This document shows positions 1 to 8,778 of a stretch of DNA of 64,000 nucleotides, in pieces; position 1 is the first letter of the stretch; each line of letters begins with the position of its first letter. Origin of the DNA: an uncultured delta proteobacterium (GTDB lineage: Bacteria > Myxococcota_A > Polyangia > Polyangiales > Houyiibacteriaceae). Location: NCBI GenBank assembly GCA_963768985.1, contig CAVYJZ010000006.1:333702-397701 (forward strand). The letters run 5' to 3'. Made by a program: the position numbers and the translations under genes. The notes beneath the pieces were generated by a model. That model worked only from the letters and a program-made list of their open reading frames with translations. It ran no database searches and had not been told where the DNA came from.

Positions 1-366
1 GCCGAGCCACTCGACCGCTATTTCGACGGTGCTCAGGAGGACTTCGAAGAGGTTGCTCTCGACCTGCGCGGAACCGACTTCCAGCTTCGCGTATGGAACG
101 CTCTTCGGGAGATTCCCTGGGGACAGGTGCGGACCTACGGCGGCATTGCGCAGGAGATTCGCTCGCCGCGCGCAATGCGTGCGGTCGGTCAAGCCAACCA
201 CGTCAATCCAATCCCCATCATCGTCCCCTGTCATCGCGTGGTCGAAGCCGGACATCACCTCGGTGGCTACGGCGGGGGCCTGGAACGCAAGCAAGTTCTG
301 CTCGCGCTCGAAGGCGTTCGCTTTCACGAGGGCGTCGTTCAGCCCGGGCAGATGGAGCTCTTCTGA
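1..366 (+). CDS. ogt: Methylated-DNA--protein-cysteine methyltransferase, 5' end cut by window edge
   Basis: Frame 1 is open from nt 1. The translation (FQLRVWNALREIPWGQVRTYGGIA...NPIPIIVPCHRVV) carries the PCHRV active-site motif of the MGMT/Ogt family. Stop TGA at 364-366. Confidence 0.9.
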   Translation, partial: AEPLDRYFDGAQEDFEEVALDLRGTDFQLRVWNALREIPWGQVRTYGGIAQEIRSPRAMRAVGQANHVNPIPIIVPCHRVVEAGHHLGGYGGGLERKQVLLALEGVRFHEGVVQPGQMELF

Positions 367-367
367 G

Positions 368-1828
368 CTAGCCGTAGCGCGCGACCAGCAAACAGACGAC
401 GACTAGCGCGCCTGCCGCGAGACTGATCTTGTCCTTCACCGCAAAGAGCACCGGGTCATCATGCATGCGATCGCGCGCGGCGAGGAACCAGATGCGCGTG
501 ATCCAATAGACTAGGATCAGGCAGATGCCCCAGAGGGCTTCGGGCCGCGAGTAGTACACGACCATCGCGGGGCTGTTGATGTAGAGGGCGAACACCAATA
601 CCGCGAGCAAGCCAGCTGCGGGGCCGACCGAGGTGATGATCGGGATGTCCGCCGGCACGTAGTTACGACCCTTGAGGGACTGGGGATCGTCGCTCCCGAT
701 CTGGATCAGCTCGGAATATCGCTTCACGAATGCCAGACTCGTGAAGAAGAAGATCGAAAACGCAAGCAACCAGGGGGAGAGGACCACGTCGACCGCGACG
801 CCGCCCGCCATGACGCGATACGTAAACAACGAGGCTAGCGTGAGTACATCGACGATCATTCGCTGTTTCAGGACGAACGAATATGCGGTCGTGAGCCCGA
901 CGTATCCGAGCAGCACCCAGACGAACGGCAAGTTGACCCAGCTGACGGCAAGCACGATTGCCAAAGAGAGAGACGCGATCGACAGGACGATGCCTTCGGG
1001 AATGGACAGGGCGCCTGCGGCAAGCGGCCGATTGCGTTTGCTTCGATGGTGTCGGTCGGAGGGCAGATCGACCAAGTCGTTCAGCACGTAGATCGACGAT
1101 GCGCAAAAGCTGAATGACAAAAAGGCCATCAACGCGGCGAAGTCGAGTCTCGAGTCGGTGTACTCGTGCGAGAAATACAAGGGGACGAACAGCAACACGT
1201 TCTTCGCCCATTGGTGTGGCCGAAGCTCTTTCAGGACGGCTTTCCACTTCTTGGGCCGCTCGGAGAGGACCTTCGCCGTGGAAACCAGTCGCTCGGCGCT
1301 TCTGCGTGTGCTCGGGCTCGGCCAAACCATGATCGCTTCGTTCGCGGCCTGCCAGATGGGAAGGTCCGCGGAGGAATCGCCCAGGTACTGGAACCCCCCA
1401 ATGCCGAAGCGCGACACCAGAAGCTCCGCCTTTCTCCCGGCTTTGAGATTGTGCACGCCGTCGCTGCCGATAGCCTCGTCGAAGAGACCCAAGTGTGCAG
1501 CAACCGCATCCGCGGTGGCCTGGTCTGATGCAGTCACCAATAGGACCTGACGGCCGTCCGCACGGGCTTGGCGCATCTCATTCAGGACCTCGTCACGGTA
1601 GGGCAGGCTCGCCGGATCGATCGGCGATTGTTCCGCCAAGTAGCGTTTCAGCTTCGGGCGGCCGTGCAGCAACGCAAAGAGAGCCCCGAAGAGCTTCCAG
1701 GGCGCCGTCTTGAGCAAGCCGAGAAAGCTCTCTGACATCGTGTCGGTTGCGACCAAAGTGCGGTCGAGGTCGACGCACAACGGCCCCCTTGTCGAGGCGG
1801 AGGTAGGAGCTACGGGTGGCGTGTCCAA
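368..1828 (-). CDS. Fusion protein: N-terminal HAD-like phosphatase domain plus C-terminal UbiA-family polyprenyl-phosphate transferase (multi-pass membrane)
   Basis: 486-aa ORF. HAD motif I (CVDLDRTLV) lies near the N-terminus. The C-terminal ~280 aa are hydrophobic and carry the UbiA Asp-rich motif NDLVDLPSDRHHRSKRNRPLAAG. The start is a TTG at 1828 or 1780 and is uncertain. Confidence 0.8.
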   Translation of the reverse strand: MDTPPVAPTSASTRGPLCVDLDRTLVATDTMSESFLGLLKTAPWKLFGALFALLHGRPKLKRYLAEQSPIDPASLPYRDEVLNEMRQARADGRQVLLVTASDQATADAVAAHLGLFDEAIGSDGVHNLKAGRKAELLVSRFGIGGFQYLGDSSADLPIWQAANEAIMVWPSPSTRRSAERLVSTAKVLSERPKKWKAVLKELRPHQWAKNVLLFVPLYFSHEYTDSRLDFAALMAFLSFSFCASSIYVLNDLVDLPSDRHHRSKRNRPLAAGALSIPEGIVLSIASLSLAIVLAVSWVNLPFVWVLLGYVGLTTAYSFVLKQRMIVDVLTLASLFTYRVMAGGVAVDVVLSPWLLAFSIFFFTSLAFVKRYSELIQIGSDDPQSLKGRNYVPADIPIITSVGPAAGLLAVLVFALYINSPAMVVYYSRPEALWGICLILVYWITRIWFLAARDRMHDDPVLFAVKDKISLAAGALVVVCLLVARYG

Positions 1829-1838
1829 GGTGATTTGC

Positions 1839-4622
1839 TCAAAGGCTGTTCAACGCGGTTTCCAAACGTTCGCGCTTTTCGCGGAGCTCTGATGCATCGC
1901 GCTTCGACTTCTCGACGACGGCATCGGGAGCGCGTTCGACGAAGCTTGGATTGCTGAGCTTCCTTTCCACGACGTCGAGCTCTTTCTCGACCTTCTTGAG
2001 GTCGCGCTGAAGGCGGTCACGCTCCTTCTCGGTGTCGATGACGCCCGGCACCGCCGCCCGAACTCCAGCGTTGATGAAAACGGCAGCGTTGTCAAAATGG
2101 GCGCTGGCGTCCAGGAGCTTGGCAGCGTCCGCCTCGAAACACATCTTGCCTCGGGCCAGAGTCTCGATGGTGGACCTCTCGGCCTCGAGCACGGCACGCT
2201 TGGCGTGGTCGTCCGTGTGCCAGTGAATCCTCATCGGCTGGCTCTTCGGAACGTCGTGCTCGGCGCGGATCGTTCGCGCGCTGCCGACGAACGCCTGGAC
2301 TACCTCGAAGTCGCGTTCGGCATCACGATCGATCTTCGCATCGACGAAGGCCGTTGGAAACCGGCTGACCATGATGCTTGCCTGTGCTTCCGGCCACTTC
2401 GGAACCCGCTGCCAAATCTCCTCGGTGATGTGCGGCATCATCGGATGGAGCGCGCGCAGCACCGTCTCGAGCACGTGCACCAGCGTTGCTTCGGTCTCCC
2501 TGACCAAGTCCGTGTCACCAGTATCGAGCGCGGGCTTGCTCACCTCGAGATACCAGTCGCAAAGCTCGTCCCAGACGAAATGGTAAAGCGCACTGGATGC
2601 GTCATCGAGTCGGTACGCGTCGAGGCCGATCGAGGCCACATCGAGCGCATGATAGAGGCGCGACAACACCCATCGGTTTGCCAGCGCCTTGGGCTGCGGG
2701 CATTCCTGAGACGCCTTGGCGGTCGAAGTGTTTAGCCGCATCAACGCGTATCGCGATGCATTCCAAAGCTTGTTGGCGAAGTTCCGATACCCCTCGATGC
2801 GCTTGATCGAGAGCGCGATGCGCCGCGACTGCGGCGAGTAGCTGAGCAGTGTCATCCGCAGCGCGTCGGCGCCGTACGCCGCAAAGCCATCGGGGTAGGT
2901 GCTCCTCAAGTACTTGATACCAGCCTTCTTGGCGCCCGCTTTTTCCGCCTTCGCGATGAGATCCTCGCCGCTCGCACCATAGATCACGTCGAGCGGGTCG
3001 ATGACGTTGCCCTTGACCTTGCTCATCTTCTCGCCGCGCTCGTCGGTCACTAGGCCAGCCAACAAGACCCGGGAGAACGGCACTTGGCCCATGAAGTGCA
3101 AGCCCATCATGATCATCCGGGCAACCCAAAAGAACAGGATGTCGTATCCGGTCTCCATGTCCTGCGTCGGGTAGAAGCGTTCGAGCGCCGCCGTCTCGTC
3201 AGGCCAACCGAGAGTGGAAAACGGCCACAGCCCCGAGCTAAACCAAGTGTCCAGCACGTCTTCGTCTTGGTGAATCGCAGTCCGACCGCAACCCCCGCAC
3301 GCCGTTGGGTCCTCCCGCGAGACGGTGACGTGCTGGCATCCATCGCAGTACCAGGCCGGAATCGGGTGCCCCCACCAGAGTTGGCGCGAGATGCACCAGT
3401 CTTGAATGTTGCGCAGCCAATGGAAGTACGTCTTGGTCCACTCAGCCGGTAGGATCTGAATCGTGCCGTCTTCGACAGCCTCGATGGCTGGACCAGCCAG
3501 GGGCTTCATCTTGACGAACCATTGGGTCGAGATCATCGGTTCGACGATGGTCCCCGAGCGTTGGGATCGGGGAAGGGTCATCATGTGCTTCTTGCGCCCA
3601 CGGGCGAGGCCTAGGTTGGCAAGCTCGATCTCGACCGCCGCGCGTGCCTCGAACCGATCGAGCCCTTGGAACGAGCCCGCATTCTCGTTCAGCGTGCCAT
3701 CGAGGTTGAAGATGTTGATCTCTTCGAGGCCATGACGCTTTCCGGTCGCAAAATCATTGGGATCGTGTGCGGGTGTAACCTTCACCACGCCCGTGCCGAA
3801 TTCCGGGTCGACGAGCTCGTCGTCGAGGATGACCGGGATCAACCGATCGACGAACGGATGCCGAACGTACTTGCCATGCAAGTGCCGGTAGCGCTGGTCG
3901 TCGGGATGAATCGCTACGGCGGTATCACCGAGCATCGTTTCGGGGCGGGTCGTGGACACGACCACTTCGCCATCGCCGTCCGCAAGCAGGTAAGCGAAGT
4001 CGAACATGGCGCCTTCGACGTTCTCCTCCTGCTCTACCTCGAGGTCTGAAAGCACCGTCTGAGCCTCGACGTCCCAGTTGACCAGCCGCGTGTCCCGGTA
4101 GATCAATCCCTCCTCGTAGAGGCGCACGAACGCTTCACGGACCGCCCGCACCATGTCGGGATCCATCGTAAATTTCGTTCGCGTCCAGTCGCACGAGGCG
4201 CCCATCTTTCGGAGTTGCTCGAGGATGCGGCCGCCCGACTCTTCCTTCCACTGCCACACCCGTTCGAGAAACTTCTCACGGCCGAGGTCCTGGCGTGTCA
4301 GGCCTTCCTTCTTGAGTTGGCGCTCGACGACGACCTGGGTAGCGATGCCCGCATGGTCGATGCCGGGCACCCAGAGCGTGTTGTACCCCTGCATCCGCTT
4401 GTGACGGCAGAGCACGTCTTCGAAGGTCGTCCGGCAGGCGTGCCCCATGTGTAGCGACCCTGTAACGTTGGGCGGTGGGATCGCGAGGGTATAGGTGGGC
4501 CGGAGGTCAGCGGGATCCTCCGATGCGCAAAAGAAGCCCGATGCCTCCCAGAACTCGTACCAATGCGCCTCGCTTTCGGTCGGCGAGTACTGCTTGGGCA
4601 TCTCGTCGGACTGTTCGCTCAT
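1839..4622 (-). CDS. valS: Valine--tRNA ligase
   Basis: 927 aa with the class I HIGH-type motif (PPPNVTGSLHMGH), KMSKS motif (KMSKVKGN) and the C-terminal coiled coil typical of ValRS. Confidence 0.97.
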   Translation of the reverse strand: MSEQSDEMPKQYSPTESEAHWYEFWEASGFFCASEDPADLRPTYTLAIPPPNVTGSLHMGHACRTTFEDVLCRHKRMQGYNTLWVPGIDHAGIATQVVVERQLKKEGLTRQDLGREKFLERVWQWKEESGGRILEQLRKMGASCDWTRTKFTMDPDMVRAVREAFVRLYEEGLIYRDTRLVNWDVEAQTVLSDLEVEQEENVEGAMFDFAYLLADGDGEVVVSTTRPETMLGDTAVAIHPDDQRYRHLHGKYVRHPFVDRLIPVILDDELVDPEFGTGVVKVTPAHDPNDFATGKRHGLEEINIFNLDGTLNENAGSFQGLDRFEARAAVEIELANLGLARGRKKHMMTLPRSQRSGTIVEPMISTQWFVKMKPLAGPAIEAVEDGTIQILPAEWTKTYFHWLRNIQDWCISRQLWWGHPIPAWYCDGCQHVTVSREDPTACGGCGRTAIHQDEDVLDTWFSSGLWPFSTLGWPDETAALERFYPTQDMETGYDILFFWVARMIMMGLHFMGQVPFSRVLLAGLVTDERGEKMSKVKGNVIDPLDVIYGASGEDLIAKAEKAGAKKAGIKYLRSTYPDGFAAYGADALRMTLLSYSPQSRRIALSIKRIEGYRNFANKLWNASRYALMRLNTSTAKASQECPQPKALANRWVLSRLYHALDVASIGLDAYRLDDASSALYHFVWDELCDWYLEVSKPALDTGDTDLVRETEATLVHVLETVLRALHPMMPHITEEIWQRVPKWPEAQASIMVSRFPTAFVDAKIDRDAERDFEVVQAFVGSARTIRAEHDVPKSQPMRIHWHTDDHAKRAVLEAERSTIETLARGKMCFEADAAKLLDASAHFDNAAVFINAGVRAAVPGVIDTEKERDRLQRDLKKVEKELDVVERKLSNPSFVERAPDAVVEKSKRDASELREKRERLETALNSL

Positions 4623-4663
4623 CCGACCGACCGTGTGCGGTGAAATGCCGCGTCAGTCAAGGC

Positions 4664-5482
4664 TCAGTCGCCAACGAGACGGTGCAATTCCTCACGGATC
4701 ATCGCTTCGGCAAGCTCGGGGACGACTTCCCAAACCACGCGTTCGACGACCTCGGCGGAGAGCTTGAGCACGCCTTCGACTTGGTCGGGCGTGAGGCCCA
4801 GGGTTTCGAGCCGCGCGACGACCGAATGCGAGAGTGCTTCGCTCACTCCTTCAGCCTGCAGGGGTTCGATGTGATGCGGCGCGACCTGGGCCGCGGGCGC
4901 AGAGGAGCGCAATGAACGCGCAGCCGCTGGCGCGACGGACACTTGTGCGCCGGTCAGCGGGACCTTGCTGGCCATCGGAGTCGGAGCCATGGGGCGCGAT
5001 GAGGGGCCGTTGATCGGTAGGGGCGGGGGCGTGGGACGATAGGTGTGTTGCGAAACCTGTCGTGGCGGGGTCGTCGCGGGTCGCGGAACGGGGATCGAAG
5101 CGGCCTCGTAGAGGGCTTCGACTCTGCCGGCCAGATCGCTGGCCTTGTTGATGGCCTCCTGCGTGTCGAACGGCTTCAAGATGTGGTCGTCGGCGCCGAC
5201 TTCCGAGGCGCGCGCAGGGTCGAGCGGGCGATGCTGGCTCGCCATCAGGATCACCGCCGTGCTGGCGAGCTGCGGATCGGATTTGATCGCGCGGGTCACC
5301 TCGTAGCCATCGATGCCAGGCAAGGACGCATCGATGAAAGCGACGTCCGGACTGAAGTCACGCCCGTGCTGGAGTGCGAGCTCCCCGCTTTCCACGGCGA
5401 GTAGCACCGCATCTTCCCCTGCGAATGTCATCTCCATGATCTTGCGCATGGTCACGCTGTCTTCGACGATCAAAATCCTCAT
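4664..5482 (-). CDS. Response regulator: REC domain, Pro/Ala-rich linker and a C-terminal domain of unknown function
   Basis: The N-terminus (MRILIVEDSVTMRKIMEMTF...DVAFIDASLPGIDGYEVTRAIK) is a CheY-like receiver. No DNA-binding or enzymatic output domain is recognisable. Confidence 0.85.
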   Translation of the reverse strand: MRILIVEDSVTMRKIMEMTFAGEDAVLLAVESGELALQHGRDFSPDVAFIDASLPGIDGYEVTRAIKSDPQLASTAVILMASQHRPLDPARASEVGADDHILKPFDTQEAINKASDLAGRVEALYEAASIPVPRPATTPPRQVSQHTYRPTPPPLPINGPSSRPMAPTPMASKVPLTGAQVSVAPAAARSLRSSAPAAQVAPHHIEPLQAEGVSEALSHSVVARLETLGLTPDQVEGVLKLSAEVVERVVWEVVPELAEAMIREELHRLVGD

Positions 5483-5600
5483 CGACTCAAGCCCCGTTCA
5501 CTTGGATGTATGCTCGCTGACATACGCGATCGGCACCTGCCCGGTCAAGAAGCGGAACGCCCGGTTTGACCACATCGTTGGGCGCCGGTAGGGAGCGATC

Positions 5601-6218
5601 GTGCCTGATTCCGACCTGCGGCGGCTCTATCGGGAGGGGGCCCCGAGAGCCCCGGAGGGTCGCTTTTCGCTCGAAGAACTGATCGCGGGAACAGGTCCAA
5701 TCGAGCTGGACATCGGTTTTGGGCGCGGTTTGTCGCTTTTCGAACGCGCGGCGGCATCGGTCGAGAGCCGTATCATCGGCATCGAGGTCAAGACAAAGCT
5801 CGCCTACAGGGTCCACGAGCGCCTGCAGAAGCGAGGCGTTCCTAACGTGAGGATCCTCTGCGGGGATGCGCGCGAAATCTTGAAGAGAGCGGAACCGCCG
5901 GGATCGGTTGAGCGGGTCGCGCTGCACTTTCCCGACCCTTGGTGGAAGAAACGGCACGATAAGCGCAGGGTGATCGGAGAAGACCTCCTGAACGAGCTGG
6001 CCCGGCTGATGAGGCCTGGCGGTCAGCTATTCATCCAGACCGACGTCGAGCACCGCGCCGAGCAATACGCCTCTCAACTTCGCGAGATGGAAGGGTTCTC
6101 GCTCTGCTCGGACGGGGACTACGTCGAAGTCAACCCGTTTGACGCGCGCTCCAACCGCGAGAAGCGCGCCATCGAAGACGGCTTGCCCGTGTGGCGCATC
6201 TTAGCGACGCGTGACTAG
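5601..6218 (+). CDS. trmB: tRNA (guanine-N7)-methyltransferase
   Basis: 205 aa with the FPDPWWKKRHDKRR motif and SAM-binding IELDIGFGRG. GTG start is preceded by AGGGAG. Confidence 0.9.
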   Translation: MPDSDLRRLYREGAPRAPEGRFSLEELIAGTGPIELDIGFGRGLSLFERAAASVESRIIGIEVKTKLAYRVHERLQKRGVPNVRILCGDAREILKRAEPPGSVERVALHFPDPWWKKRHDKRRVIGEDLLNELARLMRPGGQLFIQTDVEHRAEQYASQLREMEGFSLCSDGDYVEVNPFDARSNREKRAIEDGLPVWRILATRD

Positions 6219-7205
6219 TCACCGAAGGGCGAGGGTGTGGCACATCCGTCGTGCGCTGGCTCTCAGCTCTTCTTGGCGTTCCTCGAGCGTCTCGTCGGGC
6301 TCTGAGCCAGGGATGAAGTAGCCGAGGTCATCGACGATGTCGTACAATTCTTGTCCCTGCGACAGGAGCTTGCAGTTGCGTTTGCGCAGCGCGTCCACAA
6401 GCCGGGGCAGCGCGTCGATGCTGTGATTTTTCGTGTCGTGCATCAGAACGATCCCGCCTCGGTCGCCGGTCTCCCGCTCTCGTCGTTCGAGCACACGAAA
6501 GAACGTACGAACGACGTCTTCCGGCGTGCTGACCTCGAGATCCCCGGCGTAGAGCGCCCACATCACGCTCGTGTACCCGTGTTCGCCGAGCAACCGCTCG
6601 ACGCGATCGGAGAGGGCTCCACCGGGCGGCCGAATCAGTCGAGGGCTACGTCCGACGGCGCGCCGGATCTTCCGTTCGCTGACCGCAATCTCCGCTTCGA
6701 TTTCGGCGTTCCCGAGCAACGGCAGCTGACGGTGGGTTTCGGTATGGTTGCCGATCATGTGGCCCCTCCGAACGATCTCGCGAACGATCGCGGCATGCTC
6801 TCGCTCCCAGGGATTACCGTTGCCAAAGCTCTCGGTTTTCAGGAAGAAAACCGCCTTGATTCCCAGATCGTCCAGCATGTTCAAGAGCCGCGGCGTGGTC
6901 TGCCGCGACGGGCCGTCATCGAACGTGAATAGAATCGTACGGTGCTTGGTGCCACCATCGATCCGCAGGCCGCTTGGAAAGCGCAACCCGGTGAAATCCC
7001 GATTTGGAATGGGCGTGACCCCGACCACTTCCGGCCCTGGCTCGCCGTGCACGGGCTCGATGATTGGGGCCGGGGCCTGCCTGATCGCCACCGGCGCGAT
7101 CGTGGCTGCAGCGACGCTCACCTCGGAACCGCCCACGAACGAGCCTCCGGCCACCATCGCAAGGGCGCAGCTGCTCAATCGAAGCTTCCAAGGGATCCCG
7201 CGCAT
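6219..7205 (-). CDS. Secreted polysaccharide deacetylase (NodB homology domain)
   Basis: FTFDDGP, HTETH and LMHD motifs of the NodB/CE4 fold are present. The ATG at 7205 gives a signal-peptide-like N-terminus (MRGIPWKLRLSSCALAMVAGG). The ORF stays open to a GTG at 7259. Confidence 0.8.
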   Translation of the reverse strand: MRGIPWKLRLSSCALAMVAGGSFVGGSEVSVAAATIAPVAIRQAPAPIIEPVHGEPGPEVVGVTPIPNRDFTGLRFPSGLRIDGGTKHRTILFTFDDGPSRQTTPRLLNMLDDLGIKAVFFLKTESFGNGNPWEREHAAIVREIVRRGHMIGNHTETHRQLPLLGNAEIEAEIAVSERKIRRAVGRSPRLIRPPGGALSDRVERLLGEHGYTSVMWALYAGDLEVSTPEDVVRTFFRVLERRERETGDRGGIVLMHDTKNHSIDALPRLVDALRKRNCKLLSQGQELYDIVDDLGYFIPGSEPDETLEERQEELRASARRMCHTLALR

Positions 7206-7324
7206 CTTGGAGGGGATCGTACGAAGACGGGGCCGTCGGTTGCGAGAAAGCCGCAGCACCTGGACAGGTCTGCAGTTGCAACGGGCGATCGCATCGAGTA
7301 CCCCGTGCGGCCTACGAGCAAGAA

Positions 7325-8038
7325 GTGATCGAAGTCGAAGGGCTCAGCAGGCGGTACGGTCGCCGAATCGCCGTGAACGAGGTTTCGTTTCGCGTACAAC
7401 CAGGCGAGATCGTTGGATTTCTAGGCCCTAACGGGGCCGGAAAGACGACGACCCTCCGGATGCTCACCGGCTATCTCGCGCCCACGTCCGGCGAGATTCT
7501 GATCGACGGAATCGACGCGGTGAGCGACTCGATTCGGGCCCGGGCGCGGCTCGGGTACATGCCGGAGGGCGTGCCCCTCTATCGGGAGATGCGAGTGCGG
7601 GAGTACCTTCGGCACCGTGGCGCGCTCAAGAAGGTCGCCAACCTCGCCGAGGCTGTGGACCGCTCGCTGGAGCAGGCCGGAGTCACCGACGCACGATCGC
7701 GGATTGTCGGTCAGCTTTCCAAAGGTTACCGCCAGCGCGTCGGCCTCGCCGAGGCGCTCATCGCCGATCCGCCCATCCTGATCCTCGACGAGCCCACATC
7801 CGGCCTGGACCCCAATCAGGTCAGGCAGTTTCGCGATTTGATTCGAAGCTTCCGCGGCGAGAAGACGGTGCTGCTCTCGACTCACATCTTGTCCGAGGTC
7901 GACGCGGTCTGCGATCGGGTGATCATCATCCGCGAAGGTCGGAAGGTTGCCGACCTCGCGCCCGGCCAAGCAGAGACGAGCCTCGAGGATGTGTTCGCCG
8001 AGCTTACGACCGCTGCGACGACGGAGCAGGGTCCATGA
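7325..8038 (+). CDS. ABC transporter ATP-binding protein (ABC-2/GldA-like)
   Basis: Walker A GPNGAGKTTT, signature LSKGYRQRV and Walker B ILILDEPTSGLD. Confidence 0.9.
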   Translation: MIEVEGLSRRYGRRIAVNEVSFRVQPGEIVGFLGPNGAGKTTTLRMLTGYLAPTSGEILIDGIDAVSDSIRARARLGYMPEGVPLYREMRVREYLRHRGALKKVANLAEAVDRSLEQAGVTDARSRIVGQLSKGYRQRVGLAEALIADPPILILDEPTSGLDPNQVRQFRDLIRSFRGEKTVLLSTHILSEVDAVCDRVIIIREGRKVADLAPGQAETSLEDVFAELTTAATTEQGP

Positions 8039-8778
8039 CCGGCGCATTGGTCGTGATGAAGCGCGAGCTCGGGTCGTTCTTCGTGTCTCCGTTGGCGTAC
8101 GTGGTGCTCACGTCGTGGCTGCTGTGGAACGGCGTCGTATTTTGGGTTCTCACCGAGTTTTATGCCCGCAACGCCGTTTCCTCGGGCGCAGCGAACCCAT
8201 TGTCGGCCTTTTTCGGAGGAAGCGCTCTCTTCTTCATCCCGCTTCTCGTGTTCGTACCCATCCTGACGATGCGCCTCGTAGCCGGCGAGAAGCAAGCGGG
8301 AACGATCGAAACCCTCATGACGGCACCCGTCTCGGAGTCGTCGGTCATTTGCGGAAAGTATGTTGCCTCGCTCCTCATCTGGTGCGTCTTGTGGCTTCCA
8401 ACGCTCATCTACGCTTGGATCATGAGCCAGCACGGAAGCGTCGATTGGGGAGCCACCGCGGCGAGTTACTTGGGGATCTTCTCTCTGGGCGCCTACTTCA
8501 TGGCGGTGGGCCTCTTGATGAGCGTGCTTGCGCCCACTCAGATCATCGCGGCGGTGCTCGCGTTCGTTTCGCTCGGGGTCTTGTTCACGGTGGGCATCGG
8601 TGAGTTCGTCCTCGACGGCGCCGCTCAGGAGGTCTGTGCGTACCTGAGCATGTGGGGTCACATGCAGAGTTTCTCCAAGGGCGTGATCGACACGCGGCAC
8701 CTCGTCTTCGATCTCTCAGTCGCCATCCTCGCCGTCGGCCTGAGCATAGGAGCTCTGAAGGCCCGGAAATACGAATGA
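8035..8778 (+). CDS. ABC-2 type permease (GldF-like)
   Basis: 247 aa, about six hydrophobic segments. Its start overlaps the upstream ATPase gene stop (ATGA). Confidence 0.8.
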   Translation: MTGALVVMKRELGSFFVSPLAYVVLTSWLLWNGVVFWVLTEFYARNAVSSGAANPLSAFFGGSALFFIPLLVFVPILTMRLVAGEKQAGTIETLMTAPVSESSVICGKYVASLLIWCVLWLPTLIYAWIMSQHGSVDWGATAASYLGIFSLGAYFMAVGLLMSVLAPTQIIAAVLAFVSLGVLFTVGIGEFVLDGAAQEVCAYLSMWGHMQSFSKGVIDTRHLVFDLSVAILAVGLSIGALKARKYE

